The notes below the pieces were generated by a model. It ran no database searches. It saw nothing but the letters and a program-made list of their open reading frames with translations, and had not been told where the DNA came from. A stretch of DNA of 59,088 nt from a virus. Its lineage: Duplodnaviria; Caudoviricetes. Of the stretch, positions 48,803 to 57,200 are shown piece by piece (position 1 is the first letter of the stretch; each line of letters begins with the position of its first letter). The stretch spans positions 1 to 59,088 of the IMG/VR virus record IMGVR_UViG_3300025869_002638, one strand, 5' to 3'. The position numbers and the translations under genes are program-made.

Positions 48803-50061
48803 TAAAGTGTCTCCATTTTCCATGCAGTGTAGCCTTTGCGGTTGTCCCATGATCCCATATCTCTGTGGACTCTCTCCATGATTGATACCCATTGCTCATT
48901 AAATTTAGTGAAATTATAATTCTTCTCTACGTGTTGTCTGCCTTTTTTGCCTAAATCCTCACGTTCTTCCTTAGACATTGCATACATCTTATTGAGGGCG
49001 GCTAGGAAGTCTTCTCTAGACACACGGTCCTCGTGAATATAAGGTACCTGCTGTGATCCAATGACCACCTTAGAGGCAGGCTCTAACCCTACACCAAACC
49101 AGTTTTCACCATCTGTAACTTGTTCTTGTAATCCACCAGTCATCGTTACGATAATCGGAGTTTCACAAGAAAGAGATTCAAGCGTAGCAAGACCAAAACC
49201 TTCTGCATCAGCAATATTAATAGTACAGTCTGCTAAGTTGTATAGGGCGGCCAATTGCGGGGGGGCTACCTTCTCGGTAGAGAATACAATTTGCTTATCA
49301 TGGTCATCATTTAATTTAAGAATTTCAGCCAGGTGATGAAGCGGTTGCCCGTGGGGGTCCTGTAGACTTGTGTGCATGACCAATGATGCCGTAGATTCAT
49401 CAATATGCTCTTGATCTAGGAAGTCCTTCCACCAATGAACAAGTGTTCCAGATTGTTTTCGGCGAGCATTTCGATTATTCCAAAAACAAACAAATTCTTT
49501 ACCAGGGACGATATTGTTGCGATTTTGCAAAACAATGTCTTCAGGGAGTGATTGAAAAACCGAAGAGTCAACGGCGTGAGGGACATACTCCTCCTCAACA
49601 TCTGGAGAGACTGTTTGCACAATATCGCTTGTTACCTTCGAGATTGTAGCAATGAAATCGTTAGAGTCATAGGACGCCTTATTGTACTGAGGATAGGGGT
49701 AATTATCCCACACGTGATAATAGATCATAGGAACATTAGGGCGAATACTATCTTCAATCATCCACAACCACTCATAGAAGCGAGGGTCGGTCATAAAATA
49801 CAAAATATCAGGCTGAAACTGATTAATATGCTGTATTACGTCTTGTTGTGTACCATAACCATCTACAGGAAAAATAACCCAATCTTCACGAGGCTTAATA
49901 GGGTCAAACACCTCATGTTTGACGGCACCCCCCAATGACACTACTTGAAACTTTCCAGAATCTACCAAAGCATCAATCACATATTTTGTTTGAGTGCCCA
50001 CTCCTGATGGTAACAAAGGGTGGTCACTAATAGTTAATACTTTAATTTTCTTATCTGCCAA
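48802..50061 (-). CDS. GT4-like glycosyltransferase
   Basis: SGVGTQ, NRNARRK, EGFGLATLESLSC and TGGLQEQ motifs; TTG start with GAGG SD. Confidence 0.88.
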   Translation of the reverse strand: MADKKIKVLTISDHPLLPSGVGTQTKYVIDALVDSGKFQVVSLGGAVKHEVFDPIKPREDWVIFPVDGYGTQQDVIQHINQFQPDILYFMTDPRFYEWLWMIEDSIRPNVPMIYYHVWDNYPYPQYNKASYDSNDFIATISKVTSDIVQTVSPDVEEEYVPHAVDSSVFQSLPEDIVLQNRNNIVPGKEFVCFWNNRNARRKQSGTLVHWWKDFLDQEHIDESTASLVMHTSLQDPHGQPLHHLAEILKLNDDHDKQIVFSTEKVAPPQLAALYNLADCTINIADAEGFGLATLESLSCETPIIVTMTGGLQEQVTDGENWFGVGLEPASKVVIGSQQVPYIHEDRVSREDFLAALNKMYAMSKEEREDLGKKGRQHVEKNYNFTKFNEQWVSIMERVHRDMGSWDNRKGYTAWKMETL

Positions 50062-50073
50062 CAGTATGTCCTC

Positions 50074-50913
50074 CTACGAACAGTGTTCCGTCTGATAAAA
50101 CTCACAAGTGCCGAAGCGATCTTTACAGTTTGTACATGCAGTACGGTTTTTGATATAATTTTCTTTGTTGATATTATGCAGTGCTTTAGTCAAAGCGTTA
50201 AGAGCATCTGTCGTTCTTTTTTTCGCTGCCGTCACTCTGACAAACTCTGCCTTCTTGCCAGCCTTAGCAGTACGCTTCAAGAGAACGAAGTGGCAGTCAA
50301 CATCTTTTGGGTCAACCTCATATTTACGGGCATAAAAATGTTTATAGAAAACCAGTTGGTAAGCCAGGATAGTATCGCTCTTCTTTTCACGCTTCCATCC
50401 CCACGAACAGGTCTTCCAATCAATCAGATGAATCTTTTCATCCTTTTTGGAGTAAACTACAAGGTCAATAAAGCCTTTGAACTTTTTTTCTGCTTCCGTG
50501 AATTCGGTGATGGGCACATAGAGTTGCTCTTCTGCTTTGAGAACTTCCCAGTCCTCGCCTAACTTGCCGAACTTCTCAGTTAGGCAGCGGTAAAGGTCAG
50601 GGACGATTTCCAAACCACTTACAAGCCACTCTTTGAGTTTAAAATTGGCTTTAGCATCTTGTTGGGCATCACTAGGCAGAGCCTTAAGTTCTTTCAAGAA
50701 CTGCTCTTTAACTAGCGCATCAATAGCGCCTGTTTCCCTGTACTTTTCTGGGGAAGTCAAAGTATATTCACAAACCGTGTGGATTGCTTTCCCAAAGGCA
50801 GTATAAATGTTACCTTCGAACTGAGTTACTTTATCAATATAGGTGAGTTTGTGGTAGTGTGGGCAAATGTGCCAGTTCTTCCACTCCGAGTAGGAAATAT
50901 GTTTTCCAGCCAA
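50074..50913 (-). CDS. PD-(D/E)xK exonuclease, Cas4/RecB-like with probable Fe-S cluster
   Basis: ISYS...CP, GKAIH, E...GFIDLV...IDWKT, QLVFY, and C-terminal CTNC...C...C. Confidence 0.85.
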   Translation of the reverse strand: MAGKHISYSEWKNWHICPHYHKLTYIDKVTQFEGNIYTAFGKAIHTVCEYTLTSPEKYRETGAIDALVKEQFLKELKALPSDAQQDAKANFKLKEWLVSGLEIVPDLYRCLTEKFGKLGEDWEVLKAEEQLYVPITEFTEAEKKFKGFIDLVVYSKKDEKIHLIDWKTCSWGWKREKKSDTILAYQLVFYKHFYARKYEVDPKDVDCHFVLLKRTAKAGKKAEFVRVTAAKKRTTDALNALTKALHNINKENYIKNRTACTNCKDRFGTCEFYQTEHCS

Positions 50914-50924
50914 TGTGTCACTTT

Positions 50925-51596
50925 CTATTCTAGTAGATGGTGAATTTCATCTATAGTATCATACAACACAGGACTGATTTTGTCAAGTTTGTTCTTTTTG
51001 CCCATGTAATAGGCTTCAAAACCAGTTGCAAAATATTCTCGGAGGGAAATAGCAGCGTAAGGTCGAATAAAAATTCCAGTAGTTGCCATCCTTAACATGT
51101 TTCTCCCGACTCGCTTGTAAAGAAAGGTGTCAAAATCTGAGTCATACTCGATATTGTCAAAGTCGTAGTCCTTTGTCCAGTAGCCTTCCGACTCTAGTTC
51201 AAACTTTAACTGGAATCTTTTTTTCTTGAATTCCCTAGCAACTACACCCGACCCATAAATTTCATCAGTTAGTAGAGTTTCAACATGATGTGCAAATTCG
51301 TGGATAATATCGTCAATTAAGTCTTTGACATTTTTTTGCTGATTGGTGATATAGATAGAGTTGTCCTTATACACAGCGGTAATGTGACGCTCGTTAAATT
51401 CTTCCAGATGCTTGATTGCAATCTTGTCTAATCCTCTAAAGAAATGTTCTGGTAAAACATCTTTTATCTGGTTCATTAACTGAGGTAATTCAATTGTAGG
51501 GGGAAGCGGATCTACCTCAACCACATCTATCCCATGGATTCGGAAATGATTAGTATTACTGTCTTTAGACTCTAGGATATAATCTCTTATGCTCAT
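50925..51596 (-). CDS. Zincin-like metalloprotein (HExxH)
   Basis: IIHEFAHH followed by a distal PYAA..LREYFATGFE glutamate motif. Confidence 0.6.
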   Translation of the reverse strand: MSIRDYILESKDSNTNHFRIHGIDVVEVDPLPPTIELPQLMNQIKDVLPEHFFRGLDKIAIKHLEEFNERHITAVYKDNSIYITNQQKNVKDLIDDIIHEFAHHVETLLTDEIYGSGVVAREFKKKRFQLKFELESEGYWTKDYDFDNIEYDSDFDTFLYKRVGRNMLRMATTGIFIRPYAAISLREYFATGFEAYYMGKKNKLDKISPVLYDTIDEIHHLLE

Positions 51597-52900
51597 AATA
51601 TCTCTGCTGCTAAGGTTGCTAATTTTGAACGTTCCCCTTTGTAAAGGGTTACATGTCCTGAAATATCATATTGTTTGAATTTTTCAACAGCATGAGTAAG
51701 TCCATTGGATACTGAGTCAACATAAGAATTATCAATCTGCTGAACATCGCCGGTTAACACTAGTTTCGTTCCATGTCCCACTCGTGTTATTATAGTCTTT
51801 AGTTCGTGAGTTGTTAAATTCTGAGCCTCGTCCACAATCATAAAAGCATTTGAGATAGAACGTCCTCGGATATAGGTCATAGCCTCTATTTCAATGACTC
51901 CTTGCTCCATGTGCATATCTAAAGCGGTTTTATCACCATATAGAAATTCTAGATTATCCCGCAAAGGGGCAATCCAGGGCATCATCTTCTCTTCCAAAGT
52001 ACCAGGGAGGAAGCCGATATCTCTTCCCATGGGTTGTACCGGTCGTGTAATAATTAATTTATCATAACCACCCTGAGATTTCGTAGAGTGCAACACTTGT
52101 TCCAGCCCACAAGCGGCAGCGATTAGAGTCTTGCCTGTACCGGCCGGTCCTGTCAGAGACATAATGTGAATATTGTTATCAAACAAGAGATCCATAGCGT
52201 ATTTCTGTTCTTTGTTTTTTGCACTTAATCCCCATATGTCATTATAAGTATACACCCGGCGTAAAGGCTCGCCTTCCTTTAAAAATCGAGAGATCGCAGT
52301 TTTCTTTGGATCTGATTCAGACTTTAGAAGGATATACTGATTCGGGTAGAGCATTTTTTTCTGCTCGGGTAAAATAATTTCTTTGTTTTCGTAAAATAAG
52401 TCAATCTGACTATCGGGAACTAAAATTTCACAAGATCCGTCAAATATATTATCTACTGACTTGACTATTTGCTGAGGTTGGTAATCATGACAAGATATTC
52501 CAAAAGAGTCGCACTTTACCCTCATATTTAGATCACGAGATATGACTGCTACATCTCGACCCTCGTAAGACAAACGCAAGGCTATAGCAATTATTTTATT
52601 GTCGGAATCTGTTACCTCCATCCCTGGTGGCATATATCTTGGATCATAGTGTGCAGCGAAGACTCTTCCCTTGCCAGAACCTAAAGGAACGCCCTTGGAG
52701 AGACTGCCCTTGTGCCTTAACTTGTCTAAAACACGATTCATGGTTCGTGCATTTAAGCCGGCTGTATCTTGTCTGTGTTTATGTTTATCTATCTCGTCTA
52801 GGACAACCGTAGGTATAGCGATGTCAGATTTGCCGAAAGAAAATAGAGACTGAGCCTCAGTTAAATAAACGTTTGTATCTAATATTAAAGTTTTTGTCAA
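51593..52900 (-). CDS. phoH: PIN-domain PhoH family protein (PhoH2-type RNase/ATPase)
   Basis: PIN domain (LILDTNV, DEID, DNKII, SRD) plus PhoH motifs (GPAGTGKT, IGFLPG, YIRGRS, DEAQN, TGDVQQID). The tracked start at 53026 runs into the tmRNA; TTG at 52900 with AAGGT upstream is more plausible. Confidence 0.92.
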   Translation of the reverse strand: MTKTLILDTNVYLTEAQSLFSFGKSDIAIPTVVLDEIDKHKHRQDTAGLNARTMNRVLDKLRHKGSLSKGVPLGSGKGRVFAAHYDPRYMPPGMEVTDSDNKIIAIALRLSYEGRDVAVISRDLNMRVKCDSFGISCHDYQPQQIVKSVDNIFDGSCEILVPDSQIDLFYENKEIILPEQKKMLYPNQYILLKSESDPKKTAISRFLKEGEPLRRVYTYNDIWGLSAKNKEQKYAMDLLFDNNIHIMSLTGPAGTGKTLIAAACGLEQVLHSTKSQGGYDKLIITRPVQPMGRDIGFLPGTLEEKMMPWIAPLRDNLEFLYGDKTALDMHMEQGVIEIEAMTYIRGRSISNAFMIVDEAQNLTTHELKTIITRVGHGTKLVLTGDVQQIDNSYVDSVSNGLTHAVEKFKQYDISGHVTLYKGERSKLATLAAEIL

Positions 52901-52940
52901 TTTTACAACCTTTTTTGTATCATAGTAAATAGATTCCCGA

Positions 52941-52967
52941 AAAACAAAAAGCCGCCCGAAGGCGGCT
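52941..52967 (-). terminator. Rho-independent terminator of the tmRNA
   Basis: Minus strand AGCCGCC-TTCG-GGCGGCT then TTTTGTTTT, directly abutting the tmRNA CCA. Confidence 0.9.
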
Positions 52968-53291
52968 GGTGGAGGTAGGGAGAATCGAACTCCCGTCTTG
53001 TCTAGTTCCACAGAAAGGTCATTCACAAGGTTGTGTCTGTATTTATCGTCGGACAGACAACTTGACTAGATCGTTTTATTGCGGCTAAAACAATCAAAAG
53101 CACTTGGGACTACCTAATACGGCTTTCTGTTTATTGGCTGCCGTCGCCTCAAGAGTGGTCAGGTTATTAAGCCGCCATCTCCATGTTAAAATCGTCATTT
53201 GCGATTAAAAGTTTAAGCGTTTTTAGTGAGCCACGCTTCCCTCACCCTTGCACCTTTTCTACTTCCCCATCAGTCGATACCGGTTACCCCC
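52967..53291 (-). ncRNA. ssrA: tmRNA (one-piece), tag peptide ANDDFNMEMAA
   Basis: 5' GGGGGTA pairs with 3' TACCTCC-A-CCA, giving a G3.U70 Ala determinant. T-arm GGGAG-TTCGATT-CTCCC. pk1 stems GGTGAG/CTCACT and AAGCGT/ACGCTT. Resume codon GCA at 53202, tag frame ending TAA TAA at 53169-53164. Confidence 0.96.
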
Positions 53292-53303
53292 ATTAACATA
53301 AAT

Positions 53304-53332
53304 ACTATACAATAATACGCAATAGTTGTCAA
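53304..53332 (-). promoter_or_regulatory. Near-consensus sigma70 promoter of the tmRNA
   Basis: TTGACA (53332-53327), 17 nt spacer, TATAGT (53309-53304), 12 nt upstream of the mature 5' end. Confidence 0.88.
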
Positions 53333-53428
53333 GTTATTTAAATGCTAGCATTGGCTGTCAAAGCAAGCAAAGTTTTAAAAGCTGACAATAGCAGTATAAT
53401 AGTAATAAAAAAAGTGTTAAGTTTTATT

Positions 53429-54244
53429 TTATAGTTCTAAATCTAGATCAAGCTCTTCTTCGCTCTCATCCTCTAGATCTAGGCTATCTTCTGAACTTTT
53501 TTCTTTTTCGTACTGTGCAGTGGAAACAGAGGGCAACTCATTCTGGAGTTCTGCTTCGAACTTGTCGAAATAGAGTAGAAGATTTGTGATTAGATAATCA
53601 TAGAACAAGTCTCGATCCTGGTCATCTGCTAGCATATCGTAAGCATCAACTATTTGTTTTTCTACCCGTTTAAAAGAATCAGCAGCGAAGTTTCTTCCAG
53701 TTTCATTTTGATCATCAAGTTCAATGAAGGCCTCTTCCGCTGGTGTTTCTTCTTTTTCAATATCAATAAATTCAGTTTCTGCCTTAGAGTTATCTTCATC
53801 GTTTTCTAAATCGATAACCATCTTTTCTCGGAGAGAATCTAAGTCAATGTCATATTCCAGATTTTCAACCTCTACGTTGGCAGAGGTTCCTGTACCCAGT
53901 TTTTCAGCGTCTTGGCTGATTTCAATAGGTACTAGCGTATTCTTAACTGCATGAACAATGTGATTACGGAAAGATTGTCTTTGCTCTTCAGATGTAGTGA
54001 GCATCTTATAATCATCACTCAGTGTAGGAATAATATTTTTCAAAAGATCAGCAAGAACATTAATCCCAGTGTAAGTACTAGGTTCTTCTGTCCCGGTCTC
54101 AGCCTCAAGAATTAATCGACGTACCACAGTTCTAACTTTGGATTCCAATAATTCTTGTTGGTTTATTTTTTCCAAGAGCCGTTTACGTACATGGTCCCGT
54201 ATGATCTGCTCAGCGATTAAGTCTTCTCGATTTATAGTAGTCAT
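53429..54244 (-). CDS. Acidic hypothetical protein, probable head-associated
   Basis: 271 aa, very acidic; N-terminal [LI]xE sites (LIAE, LLE, LILE); preceded by the TAnTTA motif. Confidence 0.55.
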   Translation of the reverse strand: MTTINREDLIAEQIIRDHVRKRLLEKINQQELLESKVRTVVRRLILEAETGTEEPSTYTGINVLADLLKNIIPTLSDDYKMLTTSEEQRQSFRNHIVHAVKNTLVPIEISQDAEKLGTGTSANVEVENLEYDIDLDSLREKMVIDLENDEDNSKAETEFIDIEKEETPAEEAFIELDDQNETGRNFAADSFKRVEKQIVDAYDMLADDQDRDLFYDYLITNLLLYFDKFEAELQNELPSVSTAQYEKEKSSEDSLDLEDESEEELDLDLEL

Positions 54245-54254
54245 AGTATCCTAA

Positions 54255-57200
54255 TTATCTTCTTCTTTGTCTTTTTGCCCTTTTAACTTTAGGACGCTTG
54301 GTTGTATTACGTTTTTGATAAGGGTTATAAGTGTTAGGAGGACCAAAGCCTCCAGCAAATCCACTTACGGCACCCCCACCCATTGTAGATATTTCATCAA
54401 CTACATCATCAATTTCCCTATCTAAGTCACTAGTAGGCTTTACAATGGACCAAATCTGATCAGCATCCACACTGGATGGAAGGTAAGATGTAAACTCTTC
54501 TTTTTTATCACTAGAGATCAGTTTACGAATATCCTCAGCACTATAGGCAATACCTGCGGGGTCTACAATTGGATCCTCAACGATCTCTTCAACAGAAATG
54601 CCTGGGTTTTTTCTCTCTGCCCAGGATTTAGCGCCTTTAAAACGAGAATCCCCTGATTCTTCATCTTTACTGCTTTTCACTAAGAGTACAGTGTCCCCTG
54701 GTTGAGTCTCGGTAGGATCTGAGAGGAATTCATAAGTAGCAGTCACAGGACTTACATAATCAGCAATCTCAACCCCTATGTTGTTGGGAGCACTTTCAAG
54801 ATATTTGTTCCAGATAGCCAAAGACTGTTTGGCAGAGACCTCAGGGTAATCTCGGGGAGAAATTAAAATTCTTACCTCATCTACATCACTACGGTCTGCA
54901 ATGTTGGTAATAGCCTCTAGATGACCTCTGTGTGGTGGCTTGAACTTGCCAGGAAACAGCGCAATTCGACGAGATTTTTGCTCTTTTATGAGAGACTCCT
55001 TAACATTGGCTGGATCTTTATCCTCCAGTTGTCCCGCCATCTCTTCTGAAACAGTATTAGCATTATTAATTGCCTCGTTTCCTGAAGAAATTGCGTCACT
55101 ACGATCCTGGTATGTAAAGTACTCATTAATATTTTCGGATAGATTCGCCGTTGCTTGGAATATTGTCCCTAGTTCATCGTGCAAGAGGTCGATATACCCT
55201 TCAGCCACATCAATGACAGCCTCTGTGGAAATTGGCAATTGCCCCAATTTGTCATAGTCTACCATTGTTTTAATGGATTTTAATTGTGCAGGACTGATCG
55301 CCCATTGTGTTTGAGAAGATTCTAAAAGGAGTTCTTCTTTCAGCAATTGACGATTTGCATCGACCGTTAGGATAATATTTTCAGTACGCCTGCCTTTTTT
55401 CATCGACGCTCTTTTACTGCGAAGTGCTGCAAGTTTATCTTCAAACCCCGGTTTTTCTTTAGTTACTGGAGGATTTTCTTTAGTTGCTGGAGGATTTTCT
55501 TTAGTTGCTGGAGGATTTTCCTCTGATTCCACATCAGGTCCATCGGGCATCTCGTCTGAAACTGTTACTTTGTCGTCAGGTGCATCAGCAGCCTTCTTTC
55601 GATTACGATATCCAGCAGTTTGCTTAAGGAGTTCATATTTTTGATCCCAATTGCTATCACCTTGGATCGAGTTAAGCATGTTCAGGCTTTTTTCAACTGT
55701 ATTGTACCCAGGGAGCATAAAGAGGTTCTGTTCCTTAGATCGACCCCCTTTAGCCGTCAAACTTATCGCATCGACAAAATTATCTCTAGTAAATGAAAAC
55801 TTCTCTAAAACAATATGTTTTTTGTCATCGCTTTTGCGAGCGACAATATAAACCATGTGTCCAAATTCATCCAAAGCATCAATCAGATTAGTATAACTAC
55901 CTTCGATATTGGTGGTTTGGTTAAGGAGTTTCAAACTAATAGGGACTGAATATTCACCTTCTTCTCCTAACTCTGAAAAGGCAATCAAGTCTTGGATAGG
56001 TAAGTTACCCTTCTCACTTACTTCGGCTTCCTGGGCTCCACGAAATAAAGCAGCCAAAAATCCTTCAAACACAAACCCTGCGGAGGCAGCATTAAAACTA
56101 CGAATAACTGCGCACAATGACTCCATCAAGATAAGCGTACTGATGATACGAGTCGTGGAGGTAATTCCTCCTTTCGGATTAGTAATAGAATCATTGAGGA
56201 AATTTAGTTTTTCCTCAATAGTTGCACCACCACCGACAGTATCAAAGATTTTTTGAATTTGCTTTCTTTCCATCGATTCAGGATCGCCCCAAGCCTCTGA
56301 GGGCGTAAATTTGGGCAACGATAAGACAAACTTCTCAGCCTTTTCTCGTTTAAGATTTGGTGCAGAATCTCTTTCCAGTAAATTATTATTTTCTTTACTC
56401 TCTTTTTTTAGTTTGGGAGACCGTCCATACTTGAACATCCCAAGGATCTGATTCAAAGGAGCAAAGTTGCCAGTAAACTTATATGTGTGACCATCATAAT
56501 CAAACACCACACCCTCGACTGGTGTATTGATATTCGTCATATCGCCTATTTTGTTTAGGTGTTGCTGCATGATCTCCATAGTTTCGGGATCTTCAGCACC
56601 CTTCTCTGTAATAGCCCTAACTGCTGTGGCCAACTCTGTTTGTAAGCGAGTAATCTCTGACCCACTATCTACAATAAAACGACTTTGGATTCCCTTGAGA
56701 ACCTCTACCGTAAAATCATGAATGGCTTTTTCTATCGGGTATACGGCTTGTTGTAAGATAGACTTCTTATTATTAATAATACCGACTAAATCAGCAAGGT
56801 TTTCTTTACTTAGTCCTTTTTTGATTACCCGAAGGTTTAGTTTACCAGGCAGGTTAAGAAGATATTTTGTGATCTCTTCCTTTAACTCAACTGGAAGATC
56901 AGTATCAATACCATTTAGAACTCTTTGATAGAGATACTCCCCCATTGTAGCGTCATCATTTAGATTTTCCGCATGAATTGCAGAGTTAATCTGAGAAACT
57001 GCACGCTGAAGGGGAACTTCATTGTCTAGTTTCTCCAGTGTCGTGACTGCTCTTCGAACAAAATCAAAATCTTCCTCTGAAGTAGAATCCTGAAGTTGTT
57101 CAATTTTCGAGTCTAGGATTTGTAGATTTTTTCCTACATTTTCTCTGTGCTTCTTTCCTGTTTCCCTATCAAATTCAAAATGACCTGCATCATGAATTTT

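Noticed and set aside
37055-50061. Glycan cluster as host chromosomal (LPS/capsule) DNA or a chimeric join
   Set aside because: Same strand and overlapped coupling with phage genes on the left, near-abutting on the right, and no flippase, polymerase or export genes.
50074-50913. Cas4-like gene as a sign of a CRISPR-Cas locus
   Set aside because: No repeat-spacer array and no other cas genes are visible; stand-alone Cas4/RecB-like nucleases are common in phages.
52967-53000. tRNA-like 3' end (T-arm plus CCA)
   Set aside because: No anticodon arm, and the pairing 5' strand is about 300 nt away with a tag ORF between. It is the tmRNA, not a tRNA.
52901-53026. N-terminal extension of the PhoH ORF in the track
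   Set aside because: Overlaps the tmRNA 3' end and its terminator; the PIN domain begins right after the TTG at 52900.
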